From: an uncultured delta proteobacterium
GTDB lineage: Bacteria; Desulfobacterota; Binatia; UBA9968
DNA length: 64,000 nt
Direction of reading: 5' to 3'
Assembly (NCBI GenBank): GCA_963745035.1
Contig: CAVUVW010000005.1
Span: forward strand, 64,001 to 128,000
Position numbers and translations under genes: made by a program
In this document: one piece after another, positions 40,981 to 50,312 of the stretch
Layout of the letters: each line of letters begins with the position of its first letter
Numbering within the stretch: position 1 is the stretch's first letter
The notes under the pieces: generated by a model
Database searches by the model: none
What the model was told of the DNA's origin: nothing
What the model saw: the letters and a program-made list of their open reading frames with translations, nothing else

Positions 40981-42456
40981 TCAGTGATGAGCGCCCATCT
41001 CAACGTCTATTCCTCGGTGCCGACCTTTTGTATCAAGAGCCAAGGCCATGATTTCCCGCCCGTCCACGGCGAAGTGATGTATGGTTTTTAGTTGACGCGC
41101 GAATGCTGCGACTTTGCCGAACTGTGTGCTTGCGAGGCTGCCTATACGCCGATCCAGTTTACGGCCAACGCTTGCGACATCGTGCACCGACCACTCTACC
41201 GGAAACTTTATGCAGCGATATCTGCGTTGCTTCACATCGATAAGCCAGAGCGAGCTCCGATGGATATCGATGCAGGCGAAAAGATCCTCCCGCAACTCGG
41301 TCGTGTTTTGCAAAAACTCTGACAATTGCGGCGATCGCGCAATCCCGGGTGCGCCTGCGAGGGCGACCTCATATTCAGGACGATGTTTTTCGTCTAAGAA
41401 AATCAGCTTGCCCCCCTTGGTGTCGGAGATGAAATATCCCCCGCATTTGCGCCTTGAGAGTTTGTGGGGATTTGAGAGGCCGGAGATCACTTCTTCGGCC
41501 TCACCCGTGCTCCGTTCGATCACATACCCAGCGCCTTGATGAAACAGGGTGACAAGAATCTTTCCATCCGAGTCGTAACAAGCGCTGTTAAGATGTGCGG
41601 GCTTTTGCCGGGTAGGGATGCCGAACGGATACTTTTCAGGATCGTCCGCCAACAGCACCTCGTGCCCCATGGCGGCGAGCGCTTCGCGTCGGGCTTCCGA
41701 ACGAACCACATAGTGACCCAACTTTGATCGGTCGAAGCCATGGTCCCAAGCGAACCATTGCCAAACGACTTCTCCACTCTCGGTATCAAATTCAAACACG
41801 GCGTCGAAACCAGACGAGGCGACCAACAGTTTTTTTCCATCGGGCGAGAACTCGACAGTGTGTCCCTGATTGAGCCAGGGATTGTCACACAAGCTCGCCT
41901 CACCCGTATCCATATCGATCAACTGAACGGACTGCGCTGTGGCCAACGCCATTTTGTTTTGGCTGGCGTCCACGCCATACGGTTCGACAGTGGAAAACGC
42001 CCATTTCGCTTCGGCCAAAGTCCAATCGAACCGGTCATAAGCCAGAGGAAACGCTGCCACGATCCCTAAGACATAGGGTCTGGCTGCTTCCCTCCCGAAC
42101 ACTCCTAGGTTCTGCCTCTTCATAAGCTCTGCCTGGTGGTCGTTCTTTTCTAACTGCAATGTCGTCTTTATGGTGAATATGACTTCCTCGTGTTGCGCGA
42201 GGTTGGGATCGTACTTATAGGCGATCAGCGGTTCGGATAAGAAAACCGGTTCTCTCCTAACGGTTGCGTGCGACGAGGTAGAAATTCTGGTCGTCTTATT
42301 CTGTCTGATAAAGTCCATGATTTTTTCTTGTTCGTCGGCCGCAGGCACAGACTGAACGTTCTCGACTTCGCCAATGGACTTTTGCAAACGATGCGGAAGA
42401 CTGTTGGACCTGTTATATAACGAATCTGGCTGGTCGCGCTTTGATGGTTTTTTCAT
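40981..42456 (-). CDS. Hypothetical beta-propeller with an arylsulfotransferase-like H-x-N-S motif
   Basis: HTVEFSPDGKKLLVASSGFD and HLNSACYDSDGKILVTLFHQG; start may extend to 42540. Confidence 0.65.
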   Translation of the reverse strand: MKKPSKRDQPDSLYNRSNSLPHRLQKSIGEVENVQSVPAADEQEKIMDFIRQNKTTRISTSSHATVRREPVFLSEPLIAYKYDPNLAQHEEVIFTIKTTLQLEKNDHQAELMKRQNLGVFGREAARPYVLGIVAAFPLAYDRFDWTLAEAKWAFSTVEPYGVDASQNKMALATAQSVQLIDMDTGEASLCDNPWLNQGHTVEFSPDGKKLLVASSGFDAVFEFDTESGEVVWQWFAWDHGFDRSKLGHYVVRSEARREALAAMGHEVLLADDPEKYPFGIPTRQKPAHLNSACYDSDGKILVTLFHQGAGYVIERSTGEAEEVISGLSNPHKLSRRKCGGYFISDTKGGKLIFLDEKHRPEYEVALAGAPGIARSPQLSEFLQNTTELREDLFACIDIHRSSLWLIDVKQRRYRCIKFPVEWSVHDVASVGRKLDRRIGSLASTQFGKVAAFARQLKTIHHFAVDGREIMALALDTKGRHRGIDVEMGAHH

Positions 42457-42589
42457 TGTGGCTTCTCGTCGTCCGATTTGTCGATCACACCCATCTGGTA
42501 AGAACATAGGGCAGGGTTTCGTTCGCGGAAACTTTGACATTGATAAAGCTCGTAGCTGTTCATCGTCCCGCGTTTTCAGACACGCTAAT

Positions 42590-43348
42590 TTACAAGCTCG
42601 TTGTGGGCTCGTCTATGGAAGGTTTTGATCTTTCCTTCTCAGCGGAAGAAGGTTGTTCAAAGGCGTAGCCAAATCTCTCAATCAATTCACGATCGCGAAT
42701 TGAAACCAGCTCTGCGAGCTCAGGCGTATAGTAAGTGGAGTAGTGAAGGTGCTCAGCCGTGTTCTCCTTCTCCGAACGGAGCAAATAGTCCCGCAATTCA
42801 TCGTTTGCGGCTTCGATGCTCTCGAAGAAGCGGACTAGATCCTGTCTCAGAGTTTCAAGTCGGCAGACAAACACGTCTTTCGCGTCTCCGAAGAGGTGGT
42901 TGAAGCGGAAGGTGTAGTAACCGACTCCGGTGCCGCGAACTCTGCGCATTGCCTCTTTGGTTATGTTAGGAATGTTTCTCTTGCGGTAGTCAACCTGCTC
43001 CGGCAGCATCTCGATCAGAACATCGAGTCGTTCGTTGTTGGAACCGAGATTCAAGGCGTTTCGGGTGGCACCCTCGAAACCGAACTTACCGTTCTGAGTC
43101 ACCCAGGAGATCAATGGGGTCGCCGCGTCTCTGGGCCACACGTGATAGTACCAGGAGACGTAGAATTCCCAAGGGTTCCGCACCGCACCAAGAACCGGGA
43201 GATGGGAGTACTCTCTGGGCAAAAGAGTTCGTGGCAAGTGATAGCCAATTTCGTGAGCCGACGGAAAAAATTTCTTGATAACCTGGGAAACAAATGTGCC
43301 TCCTGACCGTGGTAGATGCACAAATGCGAACTTGTCGGTAACGATCAT
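42590..43348 (-). CDS. Sulfotransferase family 2 (PAPS-dependent)
   Basis: 5'-PSB FVHLPRSGGT; 3'-PB VRNPW...VSWY; C-terminal YSTYY...D..LIERFGY.F. Confidence 0.85.
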   Translation of the reverse strand: MIVTDKFAFVHLPRSGGTFVSQVIKKFFPSAHEIGYHLPRTLLPREYSHLPVLGAVRNPWEFYVSWYYHVWPRDAATPLISWVTQNGKFGFEGATRNALNLGSNNERLDVLIEMLPEQVDYRKRNIPNITKEAMRRVRGTGVGYYTFRFNHLFGDAKDVFVCRLETLRQDLVRFFESIEAANDELRDYLLRSEKENTAEHLHYSTYYTPELAELVSIRDRELIERFGYAFEQPSSAEKERSKPSIDEPTTSL

Positions 43349-43425
43349 CGCAACTCCCCTTCTCCTTCACGTAGGCAGATCGGCGGAAAATAATTTCGCT
43401 TCCAAGGCAGCGCTTGAATGTCTTG

Positions 43426-44235
43426 CTACAAAGTTTGAGGAAGATCTCGCTTTTTCCGGGACATTTTCGCATGCGTAGCATTCATCCGCACACTCCGACG
43501 AATAGTGTTGCGAGCTTCAGGGACGCGAACCCATCCGGCGCTGATGTCAGGTGTAGAGGGGAGCTTTATTAAAGAGTAGGGTATCTGTTGTCTTTCCGCC
43601 GCCTCCAACATTAATCTTTGTTGGCACACGTATCGCTCCACGCGATCGCGGAAGCCTTCTTTCTCTACTATCTGTTGTTGAAACTTCTGCCATGCCGCAG
43701 ACCTCTCAGGATGCAAGCTTCTTTTGCCAATCTCATCCTCGTCCAGTTGCAAAATAAATACATGCACCGGCAGCGTTCTTAAAATATTGACGATCTCGTC
43801 GTATTCTCTTTCAAGTTTCGGTTGTTGAGTGATTGTCATCGCGTATGCGGACAAATGAAATCTGTTCAAAAGAAACACAGCGTTCTCGTCTCGACTGACG
43901 ATGTCTTTTACATAGTTCACGAAAAGCCTCATAAACTTAACCCGCAATTCGAAAATGCCCTCAATCTGTAATTGGTTCCACGATTGCAATAGCTCGCCTT
44001 CGGAATACTCATGTACATCTCGGCCCGCAAGCGCCTTCTTTACATACGTCTGAAACGTGTCTTTGCCAGAACCTGAAATTCCTTCGACAATAATAACGCG
44101 AGAATCTAATGCAATTTTTTCCAGGAAATGGGAATCTTGATTCTGCAGGTGATAGAGCTGCTCGTTAGGTGGCTGAATCCCTTCCGACAGTACGGGCTGT
44201 TCTGATCGGGCGACTAGTCCGTCTGTGTTGTTCAT
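43426..44235 (-). CDS. P-loop nucleoside monophosphate kinase-like protein (thymidylate kinase fold)
   Basis: IIVEGISGSGKDT Walker A; LLNRFHLS resembles the TMK DR..S motif. Confidence 0.75.
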   Translation of the reverse strand: MNNTDGLVARSEQPVLSEGIQPPNEQLYHLQNQDSHFLEKIALDSRVIIVEGISGSGKDTFQTYVKKALAGRDVHEYSEGELLQSWNQLQIEGIFELRVKFMRLFVNYVKDIVSRDENAVFLLNRFHLSAYAMTITQQPKLEREYDEIVNILRTLPVHVFILQLDEDEIGKRSLHPERSAAWQKFQQQIVEKEGFRDRVERYVCQQRLMLEAAERQQIPYSLIKLPSTPDISAGWVRVPEARNTIRRSVRMNATHAKMSRKKRDLPQTL

Positions 44236-44443
44236 GGGTCCCCCCACGCTCTTGACGTTCTTATTTCGGCAGAGCACGACTGCAATTTAAGGACCGGTCG
44301 GTAGGTGGAAGCGATTTTCACGTATTTTTAGGAGCTTACGATATAAGAGCCAGAAAGGTGGAAAGGGTCAAGTTTGTCAAAACTGCTGAAATTGATGGAC
44401 AAATAATGACAAATTGACATATTCACCGCAGCATTAGGAAACA

Positions 44444-44818
44444 TCAAGATATTTGCGCTCCCTCCTGAACCGGAGACGACGAACTCTCGGCTAAACTAGG
44501 TTCGCTTCGATCGTGGGCGGCCTTTGCGCTGAGGAACAATAGAATGGAGGAGAACCGCTCTAATAGCCGCCGTTCCAAAGTTCGGGGCGCGAGGCCAAAT
44601 GCATCGGCGACACGGCGCAGCTGCGGCGTTCCGTCTTTTAAAGAGTCAAGGATCATTTTCCGCACGATCTCAAGAAACGGAATTTCCGCAGGCCCAACGT
44701 TGCCCGGCTCATTGAAGATCTCTTGGACGACTCGATACAGACCTTCCTCGGGTTCCGGCATCGATCGAGTGACAGTGCCTAATTCAACCCGCCCAATTTC
44801 CGATAACGAGCAAACCAT
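44444..44818 (-). pseudogene. AraC-like HTH remnant
   Basis: LKDGTPQLRRVADAFGLAPRTLERRL then degenerates. Confidence 0.55.
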
Positions 44819-45474
44819 TCTCGATTCCGGACCATCGATAAAATCTGATCTTAAAACCCATTATTCTCTAAATAAGTGCTTTCACCGAAACTTTCTTGAC
44901 AGCAAACGACAGATAATTGACAGTTTCTGTAACAGCCCTGTACTAATCAGGCTCCTTTGCCGGTTTTGACCGTGTTTGCACCAAGGTTACAGAATACAGC
45001 ATGTAAAAGTCCGGTTAATTTCTGGTTAATGCAGAAAGTCCGTTCACATTGCGGGTCTCTCATAACTGATTGCAACGCTAATTGTCAAACACTAGCAAAT
45101 ATAGGCAATTGTCGCCTTAGATGAATGGAGCACGCGGCAAACAAAAGGTTAAGGCTGCGTTAAATTGAAATTGCTCGGATCACACGGTTCCGGCGCCGAA
45201 GATTGCGTTGTAAGTGTGAAGCAGTGGAGTGGTGGAATCTTGATTTTTCACGTCCCATCGTTAGGGACCAGGCCACCAAATCTGCCTTGTGGAAACAGCA
45301 AAAAATACGCGTGATAGAAGTGCTCAGAAACTCGCGACAGTAAAACGCGGTGGATAGACAGGCTTGGTTGAATTGAATTCTCGGTCACGCCCATCGAGCC
45401 AAGTTAGAGGACCGACCGCTGTCGTTTGTCGGCAGCAACTCAAAATCAATTTCACTACGAAACGCGGTGAGCGC

Positions 45475-46059
45475 TTAATACTTGTAGAAATAAACCCAAG
45501 AAACTTTTGCGTCAGTTACTTCAAGGTCCACGGCATCGCTGAGTTTCACCCCATCGCATAGGTGAGCGCACATTCGGATGGCTGCTCGCGTCTGTCCAGC
45601 TAGCAGTACGGGTTGGCCATTATAGTTTGGGAGCACTTCCTCGAAAAAGGATCGCCAACGCGCCACGCACTGAAGCCAGCTCTCTCCACCGGGGTATGCT
45701 GTCTCTATATAGGTATGCGGCGGCTTCATGCTCGATAGGGGCTGCCCCTTGAAATCTCCGTAGTCGACGGCGTCCAAACGGCCATCCAAAATCGGCGCCG
45801 GCAGTTTGAAGAACTCACAGATCAGCGTGGCTGATTCGATGTGCCGCGGACTTGTCGGGCAATAGACAGCCTTAAAGATGCGGAACAGTCGGACGAGCCT
45901 CTCCAGAAGATACGGATCTTGCTCTCGCAGCCGCTGGAACTGCATCTTCCGTTTCTCGATCTCCTCCGGCAGCACGGATTGCTCTGGCCGAGCAACCAAG
46001 CCGTCGCGATTGTCGGCGCTTAGCAAATGATTCCACACATAGAGAGGAACAATTCCCAT
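45475..46059 (-). CDS. Histidine phosphatase (PGM-like) superfamily protein with a degenerate active site
   Basis: AVY..SPR..ESA, D.RL...DYGDFKG, YPGGES...R; RHG replaced by NHL and C-terminal HG by QT. Confidence 0.75.
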   Translation of the reverse strand: MGIVPLYVWNHLLSADNRDGLVARPEQSVLPEEIEKRKMQFQRLREQDPYLLERLVRLFRIFKAVYCPTSPRHIESATLICEFFKLPAPILDGRLDAVDYGDFKGQPLSSMKPPHTYIETAYPGGESWLQCVARWRSFFEEVLPNYNGQPVLLAGQTRAAIRMCAHLCDGVKLSDAVDLEVTDAKVSWVYFYKY

Positions 46060-46415
46060 CGGACCCTCAAATATACTGCTCGTAAGTTGATTATAGTCTG
46101 TTGGCAGCGGTTGCTTTAGTAAACTTCATTCTCTTTACCGTAGGTGACCACCAGATGTCTAGGGTTCGGTCTCAGCGCATTGAAAGGAGGTGTGCAGTGG
46201 GTCCGTGCTGAGCACGGCTTGCGAAAAGCCCCTCGGGTTAACTACAATCAGCTCCGCGACGTGAGGCGCTTTTTAGATTGTACCAACTTTGAATGAGCGC
46301 TACTTCTATCGCTTCATGACGACTATTTTGCTCGTGGCACTTGCAGAGTAACTGGGAAACAAATAGCGTTGCCGATGATTAGCCTACACAACGCATTCAC
46401 ATTCTCGCGGAGGAA

Positions 46416-46814
46416 ATGATGATGCTTAAGACTCATGGTGTGCTGCACTTCAGTTTGGCGGTGACCGATCTCGATCGCAGCCGCAAGTTTTATGAGGAAT
46501 TGCTGGGCATGAAAGTGATTGAGCAGTCGGCGCGGATGGTGTTCTTGCGAACCGGCGATGACTATCTGATTTTGGCCAAAGGAAAAGAGCCGCTGAAGTA
46601 CGACTCGGCGCAGAGCACGCCGGTGCATCATGCCTTCAAGGTGATGCCCGAAGACTTTGAGCCGTCCATCGAGTTTTTGCGCAGCAATGGCGTCGAGGTG
46701 TTTCATATAGAGAACCGCAACGAGGGCGTCTTTTGGGGGCCGCAAGCTTACTTTCTGGATCCCGACGGGAACAAGTTGGAGATCTACGCCGGGCCTGGGG
46801 CGAAGGACGCTTGA
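46416..46814 (+). CDS. VOC/glyoxalase family protein
   Basis: HFSLAVTDLDRSRKFY, HHAF, YFLDPDGNKLE. Confidence 0.92.
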   Translation: MMMLKTHGVLHFSLAVTDLDRSRKFYEELLGMKVIEQSARMVFLRTGDDYLILAKGKEPLKYDSAQSTPVHHAFKVMPEDFEPSIEFLRSNGVEVFHIENRNEGVFWGPQAYFLDPDGNKLEIYAGPGAKDA

Positions 46815-47018
46815 TTTGCCCCGAAGAGCTAACCACTCTCCCACCCCAGAAGAAGATCTTTGTATCCTTTTAGCGAGCCTGGGTGTGCGTGCGATTTTGA
46901 GATCTATTCTCTCCTGTACGGCGACCGGCGTCGCCCGAAGCATTTACATGCCGTAGAATAGGCCAAAAAGCGCTGTGGGACGATCGTCCTTTGTGTCATC
47001 GGAGCCCCCGATCCTAAA

Positions 47019-47053
47019 CCTGGATTCCCGCTTGAAACATGCGGGAATGACGG
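47019..47053. repeat. REP palindrome (half of the composite element, inverted)
   Basis: CTGGATTCCCGCTTGAAACATGCGGGAATGACGG. Confidence 0.7.
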
Positions 47054-47112
47054 ACAGGCTCTCGGGAACGCCGCGTACAGGCGCAGATATTTTGGACAAC
47101 CGCGCTGCCGAA

Positions 47113-48270
47113 TCACGGCTCGCCGAAAAACCGCACCGTGTTATCGTAAAGCAATTTTTTCTTCTGCTCTGCCGACAAATCTTTTCGCTCGAGAATCTCC
47201 AAGGCGGCGTTTTCGCGGCCCTCGCCGTGGGGAAAGTCCGATGAGAAAAGCACGTGGTTTTCGCCGATCAGGTCGAAGAGTTGATGGAGCATCTTATCAT
47301 CGGCTTCGGCGGCCATGAAAATTCGGCCGGACTTCGCGTAGTCGCGGATGCTCAAGCGCGGAAGCTGCGCCGCGTTGGGCATGCTCAAGCCGAACGGATG
47401 CGCGCCGCGGTCGAGCGGCAGGTAATGATCCATCCTCGATACCATGTAAAAAATCCATTCCGCGCCGAATTCGAGAAAAGCGACTTTCAGATCTGCGTAG
47501 CGATCCAGCATTCCGTGGCCGACGATGGCCATAAAGGCAAGTTGAGCCGGCAGGGACATGCCGATCACGTGACCGTCGTAGATCGACCGGCCGAGTTGGG
47601 CGAGCGGCGGATAGCTCATGCCCATGTGCACGGAGAGAGGCAGCTTGGCGCGCGCGAACTCGTCCCAGATCGGCGTAAAGCTCGGATCGGACAGCCAGCG
47701 TTCGCCGGCCGTGCCGAACACGACCGCGGCGCGCGCGCCCAATCTCTGCATTTCCTCCAGAGCCTCGAAAGCCTGCCGTTGATCACATAAGGGAAGAAGT
47801 CCCGACCATTTGAGGCGAGGCGTCGCTGCTTGGCATTGCCGGGCGACGTAACGATTGTAGGCGCGAAAGAGCGCCGCCTCGAAACCCGGATCGTTTGTCA
47901 TGTGCGCGTAGAGCGTGCTCGGGAACAGCATCTGAAAGTCGAAGCCCATGCGGTCCATGTCGCGCAGACGCGCCTGAGGGTCGGCGAGTGTCATACTGCC
48001 GAGCGAGCAATGCTCGCGTTTGCTGTCGGCGCCGAACTCCGCCAGCACGTTGCGCGGCGTATTGGCTTGCTGAGCGCCGGGACCGAGCGCGTGGGGCTCG
48101 AGCGAGCCCTCGATCAACCAGCCGGCGGTGTAGTTGCCAAGGCCGGCTTCATCATGAATCGTCACCGGACGAGGGCGCCGGGCACGATAAGGTTCGGGCA
48201 AGTCCTCCCACATTCTCGGATTGATGGAGCCATGCGCATCGGCATCGAAAATCTTGTAGCCTTGCAGCAT
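47113..48270 (-). CDS. Amidohydrolase_2 family protein
   Basis: FDADAH, DMDRMGFD..LFPS, RAYN, FLEFGAEW, SSDFPHGE. Confidence 0.9.
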   Translation of the reverse strand: MLQGYKIFDADAHGSINPRMWEDLPEPYRARRPRPVTIHDEAGLGNYTAGWLIEGSLEPHALGPGAQQANTPRNVLAEFGADSKREHCSLGSMTLADPQARLRDMDRMGFDFQMLFPSTLYAHMTNDPGFEAALFRAYNRYVARQCQAATPRLKWSGLLPLCDQRQAFEALEEMQRLGARAAVVFGTAGERWLSDPSFTPIWDEFARAKLPLSVHMGMSYPPLAQLGRSIYDGHVIGMSLPAQLAFMAIVGHGMLDRYADLKVAFLEFGAEWIFYMVSRMDHYLPLDRGAHPFGLSMPNAAQLPRLSIRDYAKSGRIFMAAEADDKMLHQLFDLIGENHVLFSSDFPHGEGRENAALEILERKDLSAEQKKKLLYDNTVRFFGEP

Positions 48271-48463
48271 CAGAACGTTCCTCTCGACAGAAAATACTTA
48301 ACGAGCACCGATCACCAGCGCGACCGAGTCCACCGATATTACAAAAAGGCTGGAAATAAAAATGCGCAGCACGCTTGTGAGATGTGCTGCGCATTCATGG
48401 AACCTAAGCAGGTTGCTGAAAGACTCTTCGCTTAGCCTTGAGGACCAGCGAAGAGCGAGAAGT

Positions 48464-49276
48464 CTACTTGGCGCGGGTCGCGTTCAACTTCGTCCCGCTT
48501 CCACTAATCTCCATGGCATTGTCGTTTACGCGGCCGGTGTACTGGGTCCCGCCCGCCGTGAAGCTGATCTGGTCGCCGTTGAGTTTACCGTTGATCGGCG
48601 AGGTGACGTTGCCGTTCTTGAGCGTGCCGGTGATCATTTGAAACGTTTGCTTGATGGCCAGTTCCCCCTGCGGCAGCTTCCACGTGCCGCCCACTTTGGC
48701 CGGCACGATCCAGAGGTGGGCGGTGCACCAGTTCGTGCAGCCTTCGACATTGGCGGTTTCGTCGGGTTTCCACTCTTCCATGTCGAAAGAATTGGAGACG
48801 ATGCGGGTGCCGGGCTTGAGATCGAGAATCTTGGGGCGAAGCTTCAGGTTGATGCTCGGCAGCAGGAACATAGTGATCACCTGGGCCTGCGAGAAATCGC
48901 TTTCGAATAGATCCGCCTTCATGAAGGTCGCCTTATCGCTCACGCCTTCTTTGGCGGCGTTGCGTTTCGACAGTTCCACCATGTCAGGATTGTACTCGAT
49001 GCCCAGCGCTTTGGAGCCGCGCTTTGCCGCGGTGATCACGGTACGCCCGTCGCCCGAGCCGAGATCGATCACGTAGTCGTTGGGCGTGACTTTTGCCATT
49101 TCAAGCATCTTATCGACGAGTGCTTGCGGCGTCGGTACCCAGACAACATCTTTGCCCGCCTGGCCGACTTCGGGCTGATACTCTTTGGCGGGTTGCGCCT
49201 GGGCAAGGCCGCCGGCCAGGGTCAGGCTCAGGACGAGTGAAAGAAACAACCTATGTGTCAAAACAACTCTATTCAT
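48464..49276 (-). CDS. Class I SAM-dependent methyltransferase with signal peptide (copy 2)
   Basis: DVVWVPTP, DLGSGDGR, GIEYN, RIVSNSF; N-terminal hydrophobic stretch ending AQA. Confidence 0.9.
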   Translation of the reverse strand: MNRVVLTHRLFLSLVLSLTLAGGLAQAQPAKEYQPEVGQAGKDVVWVPTPQALVDKMLEMAKVTPNDYVIDLGSGDGRTVITAAKRGSKALGIEYNPDMVELSKRNAAKEGVSDKATFMKADLFESDFSQAQVITMFLLPSINLKLRPKILDLKPGTRIVSNSFDMEEWKPDETANVEGCTNWCTAHLWIVPAKVGGTWKLPQGELAIKQTFQMITGTLKNGNVTSPINGKLNGDQISFTAGGTQYTGRVNDNAMEISGSGTKLNATRAK

Positions 49277-49357
49277 AAAGTTCCTCCGATTTTGAATTAC
49301 ATCTATTTATAGCAGTCGCTCGTTGCTTTAGAGGTCAGCATGCGCAGTCTTTCACAA

Positions 49358-50158
49358 TCACTTGGCCGACCGGGTGGCATTCCACTTCGATCCCGCGGCG
49401 CTGCCTTCCATTGAATTATCGTTCACGCGGCCGGTGTACTGGGTGCTGCCGGCGGCAAAGGTGATCTGCTCGCCATTGAGCTTACCGTTGATTGGTGTGA
49501 CCCCATTCCCCGACTTAAGGGTGCCCGAGATCATCTGAAACGTTTGTTTGATGGTCAATTCTCCCTGCGGCAGGGTCCAGGTGCCTTCGGCCTTTGCCGG
49601 CACGATCCATAGATGGGCCGTGCACCAGGAGTTGCATCCCGGAACCGTCGCGCTCTCGTCCGGCTTCCAATCCGCCATATCAAACGTATTCGAAACGATG
49701 CGCGTGCCGGGTTTTAGATCGAGAATCTTTGGGCGAAGCTTGAGGTTGATGCTCGACAACAGGAACATCGTGATCACTTGAGCCTGTGAAAAATCGCTTT
49801 CGAAAAGGTCCGCTTTCACAAAACTTGCCTTATCGCTGACGCCTTCTTTTGCGGCGGTGCGTTTTGAGAGCTCGACCATATCCGGGTTGTACTCGATGCC
49901 CAGCGCTTTGGAGCCGCGTTTTGCGGCGGTGATCACGGTGCGGCCATCGCCGGAACCGAGATCGATCACGTAATCTTTCGGCGTCACCTTTGCTAACTCG
50001 AGCATCTTGTCGACCAACGCCTGCGGCGTCGGCACCCAGATCACATCTTTGCCATCTTGACCAACCGAAGGCTGATAGTCCTTCGCCGGTTGCGCCTGCG
50101 CGTACTCACCGGCGAGCGAAATACTTAGGCAGATGACAATTAGACGAATGAAATTCAT
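49358..50158 (-). CDS. Class I SAM-dependent methyltransferase with signal peptide (copy 1)
   Basis: Near-identical paralog; DVIWVPTP, DLGSGDGR; signal peptide ending AQA. Confidence 0.9.
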   Translation of the reverse strand: MNFIRLIVICLSISLAGEYAQAQPAKDYQPSVGQDGKDVIWVPTPQALVDKMLELAKVTPKDYVIDLGSGDGRTVITAAKRGSKALGIEYNPDMVELSKRTAAKEGVSDKASFVKADLFESDFSQAQVITMFLLSSINLKLRPKILDLKPGTRIVSNTFDMADWKPDESATVPGCNSWCTAHLWIVPAKAEGTWTLPQGELTIKQTFQMISGTLKSGNGVTPINGKLNGEQITFAAGSTQYTGRVNDNSMEGSAAGSKWNATRSAK

Positions 50159-50312
50159 TGTGAAGCTCCTCCCAAAGTCGTATTCACGAAAGTTCCACCT
50201 AGCGTGGAATGTCATTTTGCTTAACTCAAGAATTTAGTAATGTCTAGCAACCGGACAGAGCAGCGATGCCTCGTTGCAAGACAAACGGCCGCCGGCGATT
50301 CCTCTTTTGATA

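Noticed and set aside
46183-46296. Strong SD AAAGGAGG followed by a short ORF containing palindrome CCGTGCTGAGCACGG
   Set aside because: The GTG opening the roughly 34-codon ORF is too close to the SD, and the properly spaced GTG gives only four codons.
48404-48430. TAAGCAGGTTGCTGAAAGACTC resembling an IS terminal repeat
   Set aside because: No partner end, target duplication or transposase was found.
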